A stretch of DNA of 64,000 nt from an uncultured Clostridia bacterium. GTDB lineage: Bacteria; Bacillota; Clostridia; TANB77; CAG-508. Below the pieces are notes generated by a model. The model did no database searches. It was not told where the DNA came from and saw only the letters and a program-made list of their open reading frames with translations. The stretch's first letter is position 1. Every line of letters begins with the position of its first letter. Shown here one piece after another: positions 50,868 through 60,677 of the stretch. Location of the stretch: positions 404,930-468,929 of the forward strand of contig CAQDYY010000001.1 of NCBI GenBank assembly GCA_948777935.1, given 5' to 3'. The position numbers and the translations under genes are program-made.

Positions 50868-52448
50868 CTAATCACTTAATCTTACAACTACTGTACCATC
50901 TATTATTTTTATGCTATCTTTTTCTGGATAATATGTCATACTCTTAAATTCATCTGTTTGTAGTAAATCTGCTTTTTCCCATTCACTCACTAAATTTAAG
51001 TTTACCCCTTCATATTCATATAATATTTTTCTCCAACTATCTAAATTCCCCCACCATATAGTTGATTTGTTTGCTATAAACCCCCATGTTCTATCAAATA
51101 TTTTTTTTGCTTCTATTGAAGTATTTTTTCTACTTAAATATGTATTATTTTCTAGCCCTCCTAAAAATAATACTGGCATATCCCCTGTATATTCATCTAA
51201 CCCCTCTATTTGTGTTACTATTCTAGAAACTGCCCCCTCTGTTTGGTTCTGCATAGATTTCATGGCAATATATGAGGCATTATCTTGCCATATGTAGTTC
51301 CAAATAATAATCAAACTACAAATTGTTACAGTATATTTAAAAATTTTAGATATTGTTGTTTTAGGTAGTATTTCTATTATTTTTAAAAATATTGGAAATA
51401 TGTATACCATAGAACATGCCATAAGTATATGAATATCTACATCTGGTACCATTATTTCTATTATTCCAAAACATACTGGTGCTATAATGATAAAAATTAA
51501 TGTAAGTATTGTGTTTGTTCTTTTTTCATATACTTTGTTTTTTATTATAATATATATTGTAGAAACTAGCATTACTCCAAATATCACTATATAAAATATA
51601 TTTGTATTCCATATTGTGTTTGGTATCATGTTATCTGTAAAATAATAATCAAAGAAACTTCTATATGCTTCTGGCAATAGTTGTGGTAAATTTAGTAATG
51701 TTTCTAGACCTATAGAATTTGCGCCACTGTAACTACTTACTGGTAAGTTCCTAATTAATAATACTATGTGTGATAATGCATAAAATAGAATTATACCTAA
51801 TGTTCCCATCACTAGATATTTAATTATACTAATAAATATCTGTTTCTTTTCTTTTTTATTTAGTGCATCTATTATTAAAGTAGCTATGCATAAAACCATT
51901 GTTACAGATAAATATGTTTGATACATCCCCATCGAAAGTGCTACTAATAAAGCACTTATTGGTATTACCCAATTTCTATTTTCGTTTTTTCTAACTATAT
52001 AAACAGCAAGTGTTGCTAAAAGCATTCCTAATATATATGCATCTGAACAGTAAAAAAATGTTAAAGTTGCTGATATGTTTGGTGCTACCGCAAATATTAC
52101 AGATATAATATACTTAAAGTATTTATTGTTTATTTTAAATATGTCTATTACTAGAAGCACTGTTATACCTAAAAGAATACTACTTATTAGTGTTACTATT
52201 ACTGGTGATACAATATATCCCTTTATTCCTTGCACAAAATCTAGCCCAAATCTTAGTAACATAGATTCCCATACATCTGGTTGATGATATATGCTGTTTA
52301 TTAGGGTATCTGCTCCAGTTATCATTAATGCATAAAGTGAAAAATGTACTATCATTGCTGTTATTATAGTTATCCAAAATGGTTTCATTTTTTCTTTATT
52401 ATATTTAATTTCTAAATTTATTTTAAATAATTTTTTTATTGCTTCCAT
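50868..52448 (-). CDS. large polytopic membrane protein, putative glycosyl/arabinosyl-transferase-like
   Basis: ~527 aa, >10 TM segments, C-terminal extracytoplasmic domain; no catalytic motif recognised. Confidence 0.4.
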   Translation of the reverse strand: MEAIKKLFKINLEIKYNKEKMKPFWITIITAMIVHFSLYALMITGADTLINSIYHQPDVWESMLLRFGLDFVQGIKGYIVSPVIVTLISSILLGITVLLVIDIFKINNKYFKYIISVIFAVAPNISATLTFFYCSDAYILGMLLATLAVYIVRKNENRNWVIPISALLVALSMGMYQTYLSVTMVLCIATLIIDALNKKEKKQIFISIIKYLVMGTLGIILFYALSHIVLLIRNLPVSSYSGANSIGLETLLNLPQLLPEAYRSFFDYYFTDNMIPNTIWNTNIFYIVIFGVMLVSTIYIIIKNKVYEKRTNTILTLIFIIIAPVCFGIIEIMVPDVDIHILMACSMVYIFPIFLKIIEILPKTTISKIFKYTVTICSLIIIWNYIWQDNASYIAMKSMQNQTEGAVSRIVTQIEGLDEYTGDMPVLFLGGLENNTYLSRKNTSIEAKKIFDRTWGFIANKSTIWWGNLDSWRKILYEYEGVNLNLVSEWEKADLLQTDEFKSMTYYPEKDSIKIIDGTVVVRLSD

Positions 52449-52530
52449 TTTATATCCTCCAATCAATCATTACAAATTATACCAAAATTTGTAAATTAAA
52501 ACAATAATTTTACATAATTTTGTATTTTCA

Positions 52531-52675
52531 TCTATAATAGTATATAAATCTCCACGAAGAATCTTGGAGCCATAAGTGGGGACCAATAGAAACCGTCAAA
52601 ATGCGCAAGCATTTTGTACAGTTTCATTGGGGAATGGCGACGGTTCGTGGGGATTTATATACTATTATAGATGTG
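52531..52675 (+). repeat. Family-4 structured element, copy 2, with perfect 20-bp flanking inverted repeat TCTATAATAGTATATAAATC
   Basis: See 34578-34725; P1 stem CCACGAA/TTCGTGG vs CTACGAA/TTCGTAG in copy 1 (compensatory). Confidence 0.6.
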
Positions 52676-52773
52676 CTCAATAAATATGTATGTTTTAACT
52701 TAAAATAGCGTATTGGTACCTAAAAAAATTAGTACATAAGCTATTATCTACTAATTTTAATTAATAAGACATA

Positions 52774-53319
52774 TCAAAACATATTAAGATATCTAGCACT
52801 TGATAAAAGTGTATCTACCACTACAATTCCAATTGCAATATTAACAAAAGTTATTTGTGATTTAGTAGGAATTTTCTTTAATAATTTTGCTACTACCTTT
52901 TCCATAAGTGGATGAACCCAGTGAATAAAAGCAAGAGCAATAAATCCCCATGCAAAAGAAAATGATAAGGTAATTCTTCCATTTAGATTCATAAAATGAG
53001 TTGCATAATCCCACCAACGTGCTGAAAATAGTGCTTCTAATGCAAATCCTACAAAATATTCAAAAATTGAAAATACAATTGCAGAATATAAAAATAGTTT
53101 TAATGGGTTAGATTTATATTTTTGTAAACAACTAATTAAAATAACTGCTCCCCACCCATAAATTGGACAAAGTGGTCCATATAAAAAGCCTCTTTTTACA
53201 AAATGACCTAAAGTTCCTATAGCATAAAAGGTCTCTAATAACCAACCAACAAATGCATATATTAAAAAATAAAATGCTAAATACTTAATACTTATTTTCT
53301 TATCCTCTAATTTTTCCAT
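52774..53319 (-). CDS. hydrophobic membrane protein (5-6 TM), function unknown
   Basis: 181 aa ORF, multiple TM segments. Confidence 0.45.
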   Translation of the reverse strand: MEKLEDKKISIKYLAFYFLIYAFVGWLLETFYAIGTLGHFVKRGFLYGPLCPIYGWGAVILISCLQKYKSNPLKLFLYSAIVFSIFEYFVGFALEALFSARWWDYATHFMNLNGRITLSFSFAWGFIALAFIHWVHPLMEKVVAKLLKKIPTKSQITFVNIAIGIVVVDTLLSSARYLNMF

Positions 53320-53419
53320 AATTCCCCCTAATAATACATGTATAATATCAAATTTTCTTTAAAAAGTAAATGCTATTAAAAAAAAATTAATAAACTGCAA
53401 AAATTTTATAAAAAAAGTA

Positions 53420-53448
53420 TTGACAAACTATTCAATTACACTTATAAT
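53420..53448 (+). promoter_or_regulatory. consensus sigma-A promoter for tRNA operon (TTGACA-17-TATAAT)
   Basis: ttgacaaactattcaattacacttataat, perfect hexamers, 17-nt spacer, ~24 nt upstream of tRNA-Gly. Confidence 0.7.
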
Positions 53449-53471
53449 TTATTAATGTTGGTAGCAAATAT

Positions 53472-53545
<74 letters not shown>

Positions 53546-53622
53546 GCGCCCTTAGCTCAGTTGGTCAGAGCAACCGGCTCATAACCGGTGGGTCCAAGGT
53601 TCGAATCCTTGAGGGCGCACCA
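53546..53622 (+). tRNA. tRNA with CAU anticodon, most similar to tRNA-Ile2 (lysidine) / elongator Met
   Basis: GCGCCCTTAGCTCAGTTGGTCAGAGC...CGGCTCATAACCG...GGTTCGAATCC..GGGCGCACCA; not initiator-type. Confidence 0.8.
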
Positions 53623-53640
53623 CTTTTTTTAACTAAATAT

Positions 53641-53726
53641 GGACAGGTGGCCGAGTGGCTAAAGGCGGCAGACTGTAAATCTGTTCTCATACGAGTACGA
53701 AGGTTCGAATCCTTCCCTGTCCACCA
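53641..53726 (+). tRNA. tRNA-Tyr (anticodon GUA)
   Basis: Long variable arm, anticodon loop CUGUAAA, GGTTCGAATCC TPsiC, CCA; followed by hairpin terminator 53729-53761. Confidence 0.85.
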
Positions 53727-53839
53727 AAGAAGTAGAAAATATGAGATTCTACTTCTTTTTTATTTATAAGAAACGAAAAATAGAAATGGATTCGAAAAGG
53801 AGGATCAGAAAACAGTCCAGTGGACTGTTTTCCCGACGC

Positions 53840-53867
53840 GGTTCGCCGAATCCTTCCCTGTCCATCA
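53840..53867 (+). repeat. 28-nt duplicate of tRNA-Tyr 3' end (ggttcgccgaatccttccctgtccatca), att-like remnant
   Basis: 26/28 identity to 53699-53726 after a 3-nt insertion; lies 115 bp past the tRNA, before a terminator and the RelA/SpoT-domain gene. Confidence 0.55.
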
Positions 53868-53977
53868 AAAAGCATTGTAGTAACTACCATGCTTTTTTTG
53901 TATTAATGTCCGCTTTTGTTCTACATCTAGACTTTTTATGTTTATATATGGTATAATATCTACAGGAAGTGATATTT

Positions 53978-55081
53978 ATGATTATTAATGAAAGAGTAAA
54001 GCATAATCTATTAACTTGGAATGATGCTGAACCTATATATAAACAATTTGAAAAAAAATGTGAAAAGCTAAGTAAACTTACTGGTTTAATTATAAATCCC
54101 ATAGATTATCAACTTCAGCATCAGCTTCATGTAGCAAACAAAAACTATTTCATGAATTTACAAACTAAATTGTATGAAAGATTATATAAAAAATATCCAA
54201 ATGTGGATTTTGGAATGGCTGGTAGATTAAAATCTCCATTTTCACATTATGAAAAAGTTATTAGAAAATTTGTTGAACAATTTGAAAAAGATGAAACAAG
54301 ACCTGTTTCAATATTAGATGATTATGCTATCAAAATATTTTTAATGCATATAAATTATCCTATTGATAAAATAAGTGTTGATAGTGAAGGAATTTATATT
54401 GATTCTGGAACAAACGAGTTTCGTTTTAGTAATGGTGATTCCTTTGTTTTTGAACACGAAGAAAAATCGCTTAATATTGTCGTAGAAAAAGATGCTAGTA
54501 ACATTTGGATTGACCATACTACACCATATATTTGTACTACTAGAAATGGTAAAGAAATTTCTATACCTTTAATTTTAGCAAAAACTTATAAAAGATCAAC
54601 CAAAGACCATTTAGTTAAATATTGTTATGAATTTCAAAAAGATATAGAAAAATTTTTTAATGCTCTAAAAGATAAAGACAAAACAAATGATAATTTTATT
54701 ACCAAAAAGAAAAAAGATTATATTGATGCACCAAAAGAATCTGGATATTCTTCTTTACAAATGTCTTTCTATTCTGAAAGACGAAATCTAGGAATTGAAT
54801 GCCAAACGAGAACCTATGATATGGAAATATTTAATAACGAAGAACGAGAATATGGATATAAACCTAATGAACATGAACTGTCTCATAATTCCTTTGATAA
54901 TATTTCTCGTTTTGCATTAACAACAAGATTTAAAAATGGAGGTTTTCAAACTTATGATATGTCAGATCCAGAATGTTTTAAACTAATTTTTGGTACTACT
55001 ATGGAAGAATACAGTAAGAAAATGAAACCAACTCTTACACCAAAAGAAGGTACGACAATACAAGACGATAGAGCTAGATAA
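53978..55081 (+). CDS. RelA/SpoT-domain (small alarmone synthetase-like nucleotidyltransferase) protein with ~120-aa internal insertion and C-terminal extension
   Basis: G-loop motif GRLKSPFSHYEKVIRK, DDYAIKIF (cf. DxxGxRxI), then after long insert YIDAPKESGYSSLQM and ECQTRT (cf. EVQIRT); extended -10 TGGTATAAT and AGGAAGTGA RBS. Confidence 0.65.
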   Translation: MIINERVKHNLLTWNDAEPIYKQFEKKCEKLSKLTGLIINPIDYQLQHQLHVANKNYFMNLQTKLYERLYKKYPNVDFGMAGRLKSPFSHYEKVIRKFVEQFEKDETRPVSILDDYAIKIFLMHINYPIDKISVDSEGIYIDSGTNEFRFSNGDSFVFEHEEKSLNIVVEKDASNIWIDHTTPYICTTRNGKEISIPLILAKTYKRSTKDHLVKYCYEFQKDIEKFFNALKDKDKTNDNFITKKKKDYIDAPKESGYSSLQMSFYSERRNLGIECQTRTYDMEIFNNEEREYGYKPNEHELSHNSFDNISRFALTTRFKNGGFQTYDMSDPECFKLIFGTTMEEYSKKMKPTLTPKEGTTIQDDRAR

Positions 55082-55676
55082 CTCTATCGTCTTTTTTCTT
55101 GCTTACTGCAAGTCCATCTCCTACTTCTAAAATTTCAGTTTCTAAATTTGGGTTTTCATTTACTTCTTTTAAATATTCTCTTAAATTTCTTACTGCTGTA
55201 CGTTGTTTATGTTTGTTATAATCACTCATAACATATCCCTTATATAAAACATTATCTGCTAAAATAATTCCACTATTTGCAAGTAGTCGTAATGCATGGC
55301 TTAAAAAGAATGGGTATTTACCTTTTGCTGCATCTATAAAAATCATATCATATTTATCATTTAAAGTTGGTAAAATTTCCACAGCATCTCCAAAATGAAT
55401 ATGTATTTTTTCTTCTACCCCTGCCCTTTTTATATTTTGCCTTGCTTTTTCTACCCTATCTTCTTCTCTTTCTATTGTATCTATATATCCATTTTCTTCT
55501 AAAAACTCTGAAAAGCAAATAGCAGAATAGCCTACTGCTGTTCCTATTTCTAAGATTTTTGTTATTTTTTTGTCTTTTAATAACTCATCAATTCCTTCTA
55601 GTGTATCGTCCATAATAATTGGAATATGTTCATTTAATGCTTCTTCTTTTATTTTTTCTAATTCTTGTTTATTCAT
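55074..55676 (-). CDS. class I SAM-dependent O-methyltransferase (caffeoyl-CoA OMT-like)
   Basis: 200 aa; SAM motif ILEIGTAVGYSA, DMIFIDAAK. Confidence 0.75.
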   Translation of the reverse strand: MNKQELEKIKEEALNEHIPIIMDDTLEGIDELLKDKKITKILEIGTAVGYSAICFSEFLEENGYIDTIEREEDRVEKARQNIKRAGVEEKIHIHFGDAVEILPTLNDKYDMIFIDAAKGKYPFFLSHALRLLANSGIILADNVLYKGYVMSDYNKHKQRTAVRNLREYLKEVNENPNLETEILEVGDGLAVSKKKDDRVI

Positions 55677-55744
55677 GAATCTTTCTCCTATTTTTATTAC
55701 TATACTTTAATGAGCCGTGATGCTTTACATTCGGCTCATTGACA

Positions 55745-57565
55745 CTATTTTCTATTTGCACGTGCTGCAATTTCTCTATCCTTACTGCTTAATATTTTCT
55801 TTCTTAAACGAATACTTTTTGGTGTTACTTCTACTAATTCATCTTCTTCTATAAATTCTATTGCTTTTTCTAAAGAAAATTGAATTGGTGGAACTAAACG
55901 AAGTGCATCATCTGAACCAGATGCTCTTGTATTTGTTAAGTGTTTTTCTTTACATACATTAATTGCTAAATCTTCATTTCTTGAATTTAATCCAACAATC
56001 ATTCCCTCATATACTTCTGTTCCTGGTCCTATAAATAAATCACCTTTATCTTGTGCATTATATAAACCATATGTTACTGCTTTTCCTGGTTCAAATGCAA
56101 TTATTGTTCCTCTTACTCTTGATAATACATCTCCTTTGTATGGTTCATATGAATCAAATACATGGCTCATTACTCCTACACCTTTTGTATCTGTTAAGAA
56201 TTCTGTTCTATAGCCAATTAATCCTCTTGCTGGAATTTTGAATTCTATTTTAGTATGTCCATCTTCTGCAGGTTCCATATTAATCATTTCTGCTTTTCTT
56301 TGTCCTAATTTTTCAATAACTGTACCAATTGAATCATCTGGCACATTAACTGTTAGCATTTCAATTGGCTCACATTTTTGCCCATTTATTTCTTTTATAA
56401 TAACTTTTGGGCGAGATACTAATAATTCAAACCCTTCTCTTCTCATGTTTTCAATTAGAACTGATAAATGTAATTCCCCACGTCCTGATACTTCAAAACT
56501 ATCTGGTGAATCTGTTTCTTTTACTCGTAAACTTACATTTCTTTCTAATTCTTTAAATAAACGGTCACGAATATGGCGAGATGTAATAAATTGTCCTTCT
56601 TTTCCTGCAAATGGTCCATTATTAACACTAAATGTCATAGATACTGTTGGTTCATCAATATCTACAAAATCTATTTTTTCTGGATGTTCGTAATCACATA
56701 TTGTTTCTCCAATATTTATATCTGGAATTCCTGCAATAGCTATAATATCTCCTGCTTTTACTTCTTCTACTTCTACTCTTTTTAAACCTACATGTGTATA
56801 TAGTTTTGCAATTCTTCCATTTGTTACTTTTTCATCTTTTTTGCAAATAGAAACTGGCATTCCTAGTTTTACGCTTCCTCTTTCTACTCTTCCTACTGCA
56901 ATTCTACCAACATAGTCATCATAATCTATGTTAGATACTAGCATTTGCATTGTTCCATCTATATCACATGTTGGTGGATTTATTTTATCTACAATTGTTT
57001 CAAATAAGCAGTTTAAATCAGATGTTTCATCTGTTAAATTCATTTTACCAATTCCTTGTTTTGCAGATGCATATACTACTGGAAAGTCTAGTTGATCATC
57101 ATTTGCATCTAATTCTATAAATAACTCTATAACTTGATCTACTACTTTTTCTGGGTTTGCTCCTGGACGGTCTATTTTGTTAATTACTACAATTGGTTTT
57201 AGGTTTAATGCTAGAGATTTTTTTAATACTTCTCTTGTTTGTGGCATTGGTCCTTCAAATGCATCTACTAATAATAAAACACCATCTACTGTTTTTAAAA
57301 CTCTTTCTACTTCTCCTCCAAAGTCAGCATGTCCTGGTGTATCTACTATATTAATTTTAATATCTTTATACATTACAGATGTATTTTTAGAAAGTATTGT
57401 TATTCCTCTTTCTTTTTCAATATCGTTTGAGTCCATAACTCTTTCTGCTACTTGTTCATTTTCACGAAATACATGACTTTGTTTTAATAGTGCATCTACT
57501 AATGTTGTTTTTCCATGGTCAACGTGTGCAATAATTGCTATATTTCTTATCTTTTCGTTATTCAT
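55745..57565 (-). CDS. typA: translational GTPase TypA/BipA
   Basis: 606 aa; AHVDHGKT, DTPGHADF, NKID; EF-G-like domains. Confidence 0.9.
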   Translation of the reverse strand: MNNEKIRNIAIIAHVDHGKTTLVDALLKQSHVFRENEQVAERVMDSNDIEKERGITILSKNTSVMYKDIKINIVDTPGHADFGGEVERVLKTVDGVLLLVDAFEGPMPQTREVLKKSLALNLKPIVVINKIDRPGANPEKVVDQVIELFIELDANDDQLDFPVVYASAKQGIGKMNLTDETSDLNCLFETIVDKINPPTCDIDGTMQMLVSNIDYDDYVGRIAVGRVERGSVKLGMPVSICKKDEKVTNGRIAKLYTHVGLKRVEVEEVKAGDIIAIAGIPDINIGETICDYEHPEKIDFVDIDEPTVSMTFSVNNGPFAGKEGQFITSRHIRDRLFKELERNVSLRVKETDSPDSFEVSGRGELHLSVLIENMRREGFELLVSRPKVIIKEINGQKCEPIEMLTVNVPDDSIGTVIEKLGQRKAEMINMEPAEDGHTKIEFKIPARGLIGYRTEFLTDTKGVGVMSHVFDSYEPYKGDVLSRVRGTIIAFEPGKAVTYGLYNAQDKGDLFIGPGTEVYEGMIVGLNSRNEDLAINVCKEKHLTNTRASGSDDALRLVPPIQFSLEKAIEFIEEDELVEVTPKSIRLRKKILSSKDREIAARANRK

Positions 57566-57719
57566 TTTGATGTTCCTTTCCTAATTTCTAAATTTAACCT
57601 TATAATTATACATCTTAACAAAAAATTTGTCAAATAAATTATGTATACTTTGTACAAAATGCAATAAATACAAACAAACCCTCCAGACACTAAAACGCTG
57701 TATCTGGAGAGTTTGATGT

Positions 57720-58052
57720 TTAAACTGTGAACCCAATTGGAAAGCCAGTAGCATTATATGCTATTTTTGCAAATACTGCTATAAATAGAATATGCGTCAT
57801 AATGTATTTTACCGACTGCTGCATCACAAGAATATCTCTCAGCAGTATTATTATTGCTGCACATAATACAAATTCACCAATCCATTTTATTTTTGGAAGT
57901 TGTTTTATTTCCACATATTCATTTTCAACTATAATTGGTCTAATTGCATTTTCTAAAAATGCATCAATTACTACCCATTGAAATACAACTAATGGTGGCC
58001 ATATAAAACTGCTACTACAGCTACTATCTGACTCTGCGAATATCAAAAACAC
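57720..58052 (-). CDS. small membrane protein, unknown function
   Basis: 110 aa, 3 TM segments; hairpin terminator downstream at 57670-57705. Confidence 0.35.
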   Translation of the reverse strand: MFLIFAESDSSCSSSFIWPPLVVFQWVVIDAFLENAIRPIIVENEYVEIKQLPKIKWIGEFVLCAAIIILLRDILVMQQSVKYIMTHILFIAVFAKIAYNATGFPIGFTV

Positions 58053-58264
58053 TATCCATGAAACTATTGTACATACTATAGCAATTCTCTAATAGTTTTT
58101 AATTAACCGCATTATACGTTCTTTATCTTCTTGCATTCTTTTGGGTGTAAGACGTACATTGTTCATAGTTTCTTTCCCCAGATTACACTTTGGGTACTTC
58201 CTCCTTTTATTTAATGCCTAAATTATAGCACATCTTATGCGTATTTTCAATGTTTTGAGTAATT

Positions 58265-58876
58265 CTATTTTGCTAACTCCACAATAGAATTCATTATAAG
58301 TTCGCTTGCTTCTTCTAATGCTTGTTTTTCAGTTTCTTTATTTTTGTACATTTCATTATATTTTGATAAATCTATTGGTTTTCCATATACAATTTTTACC
58401 TTTTGAAATGCTTTTAAGCCACCCGATATACCAACTGGTATTACTCTTGTACCAGTTCTTAATGCAAAAAATGCTGCTCCATCTTTTACTTTTTCATTTT
58501 TTTCTAATCCATTTCTTGTTCCTTCTGGAAATAATGCAATACTTTCTCCATCTTTTAATGCTTTTAATGTAGTTTTTAGTGCTGTTACATCTTTAGAATC
58601 TCTTTTTACATATATTCCATCAAATATTACCCCTAAAAAAGCAAAAAATGGATTTTTTCTTAAGTCTTCTTTTGCCATAAAACGTACATGTCTTCCCACT
58701 GTACATACAATTAATGGTGGGTCTAAATAGTTTCTATGGTTTCCACAAAAAATAAACTTTTCATCTTTTATGATATTTTCTTTTCCTATAACTTCTGCTC
58801 TATGTACTACTTTGCAGTAAATATAAATTGCACCTTTTACAATTCCTCTTCCTATCTTTTTAAAAAACAATTTCAT
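58265..58876 (-). CDS. plsC: 1-acyl-sn-glycerol-3-phosphate acyltransferase
   Basis: 203 aa; acyltransferase motifs NHRNYLD and FPEGTR. Confidence 0.85.
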   Translation of the reverse strand: MKLFFKKIGRGIVKGAIYIYCKVVHRAEVIGKENIIKDEKFIFCGNHRNYLDPPLIVCTVGRHVRFMAKEDLRKNPFFAFLGVIFDGIYVKRDSKDVTALKTTLKALKDGESIALFPEGTRNGLEKNEKVKDGAAFFALRTGTRVIPVGISGGLKAFQKVKIVYGKPIDLSKYNEMYKNKETEKQALEEASELIMNSIVELAK

Positions 58877-58898
58877 GTTAATATTCTCCTTATTTTCT

Positions 58899-59048
58899 AA
58901 AACCCCCAGTCACCTTCGGTGACAGCCCCCTTAGGTAAAGGGGCCTTTACTCTATAATTTTTAGACTAGCACAGTAATTTTGAAATGTAGAGAAAAGCCT
59001 CCTTTATTTAAGGGAGGTGGCTCGCGTAGCGAGACGGAGGGTTCTACT
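58899..59048 (+). repeat. tail-to-tail pair of Family-2 units between cmk and plsC
   Basis: 58899-58955 (plus form) and 58990-59048 (variant form on minus), separated by CTCTATAA...TAGAG spacer. Confidence 0.6.
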
Positions 59049-59050
59049 CC

Positions 59051-59716
59051 TTACATCTTTTCTTCTATAATTTTATATACAACATCTGCACATTCATCTA
59101 TACTCATATTAGTTCCATCTACTAATATTGCATCATCTGCTTTTCTTAATGGTGCAATTTCACGTTCAGAATCAATTTTGTCTCTTTTTATTACGCTTTC
59201 TAATACTTCTTCATAAGACATTTTAATTCCCTTTTCTTCATTTTGTCTTATTCTTCTTCTTGTTCTTTCTTCTGCTGATGCATCTAAATAAATTTTTACA
59301 TCTGCATTTGGAAATACTACAGTTCCTATGTCTCTTCCTTCCATTACAATACTTTGTCCTTTTGCTAAATCGCGTTGTAACTCAAGTAGTCTCCCACGAA
59401 CTTGTGGTATTTTAGATACTTCTGAAATGATATCTGTTATTTGTTTTGTACGTATCTCGGTTGAAACATCCTCTCCATTTAAGAATACACGTTGACCATT
59501 ACTTTCTTCTTTAAAGCTAATTTCTATTTTGTTTAATAATTCTTCTATTTTTTCTATTTCGTGTAACTCTATTTTCCTTCTTATTATTTCTAGTGTTACA
59601 CACCTAAACATAGCTCCTGTATCTACATTTAAAAATCCAAATTTTTTAGATACAAGACTTGCAATAGTTCCTTTTCCAGTTCCTGCTGGTCCATCAATAG
59701 CAACAATAAATGACAT
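59051..59716 (-). CDS. cmk: cytidylate kinase
   Basis: 221 aa; P-loop AIDGPAGTGKGT, NMP-binding region. Confidence 0.9.
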   Translation of the reverse strand: MSFIVAIDGPAGTGKGTIASLVSKKFGFLNVDTGAMFRCVTLEIIRRKIELHEIEKIEELLNKIEISFKEESNGQRVFLNGEDVSTEIRTKQITDIISEVSKIPQVRGRLLELQRDLAKGQSIVMEGRDIGTVVFPNADVKIYLDASAEERTRRRIRQNEEKGIKMSYEEVLESVIKRDKIDSEREIAPLRKADDAILVDGTNMSIDECADVVYKIIEEKM

Positions 59717-59719
59717 TTT

Positions 59720-60583
59720 TTATTCCTCCTTATTTGGTACTTCTATTCCTTTTACCACTATTTCAATATTTTGAACATTCATAGCAGTTAGCTGTTCAAT
59801 TTCTTTTGTAATCTTTTGTTTAAATTCTTGTACACTATCTATTATATTATATCCATAACATATAATTAATTCTAGATATATATATTGCCCATCACCTGTA
59901 GTATCTACCCTTGTTTTGGCTATTTTATGAATAGCTTGTGACTTACTTGCCATATGTTCTATAATTTGCCTAAACACACTATCTGAAATTGTGAAATTTC
60001 CTAAATAACTAAATGTTGGTCTAATAATAGATTTTTCTGAAATATATGGTTTTGCTCCATTTCCTTTTGATTTGAAAATTTGAAGAGGGTCTAAAAGATA
60101 CCCTGAAAAGTCTTTTTTTAGTGCAAATGTTGGTACTGGTATAACGTGTTTTCCCTCTGTAATACGCATTCTTCTAGCTGTTTCCATTTCTTCTTTTGTA
60201 GCAATATCTGTAATATATATAAATTTTGAAATTTCTGGTAAGCCTAAATTTTCTGCAATCTTTTTTACCATATTATCTGATGTTCCTAATATAAGTATTT
60301 TATCTGGTTTATGCTTTTTTATTGCTCTTATTACTTCTTCTTTTTCTTCATTTTCTAAAAATAATGCTTCTTTTACAGTTTCTATTTTTGTTGGTGCTTT
60401 TTTTGCTGAATTTCCTGCTAATATTTCATTTTCTTTAATAAAAAGCCCATCATCTATTATATAATTTATTCCATGTTCATTTGCAACTAAACCTGCTCTA
60501 TAGCTTTTTCCTGTTCCAGATGGCCCAACAAAAGCATATACTTTTATTTTTTCTCTTGTGTCTAATAAATTTAGAATACTCAT
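59720..60583 (-). CDS. fusion protein: HprK-C-like P-loop domain + C-terminal Asp23/Gls24-like domain
   Basis: 287 aa; FVGPSGTGKSYRAGLVANEHGINYIIDDGLFI resembles HPr-kinase P-loop; C-terminus IYLELIICYGYNIIDSVQEFKQKITKEIEQLTAMNVQNIEIVVKGIEV resembles Asp23. Confidence 0.5.
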   Translation of the reverse strand: MSILNLLDTREKIKVYAFVGPSGTGKSYRAGLVANEHGINYIIDDGLFIKENEILAGNSAKKAPTKIETVKEALFLENEEKEEVIRAIKKHKPDKILILGTSDNMVKKIAENLGLPEISKFIYITDIATKEEMETARRMRITEGKHVIPVPTFALKKDFSGYLLDPLQIFKSKGNGAKPYISEKSIIRPTFSYLGNFTISDSVFRQIIEHMASKSQAIHKIAKTRVDTTGDGQYIYLELIICYGYNIIDSVQEFKQKITKEIEQLTAMNVQNIEIVVKGIEVPNKEE

Positions 60584-60677
60584 ACATCTGCTCCTTTAAA
60601 ACCTTGTAATTTTTAATTTATTATGCTTTAATAATTATAACACTTTAGTAAAGAATTGGAAAGGAATTTTAATAAAA

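Noticed and set aside
53687-54102. Track ORFs 53687-53890(-), 53741-53956(+) and 53884-54102(-).
   Set aside because: They overlap the tRNA-Tyr gene, terminator hairpins and the promoter and start of the RelA/SpoT-domain gene. They have no RBS and consist of poly-Phe/Lys low-complexity sequence, so they are spurious.
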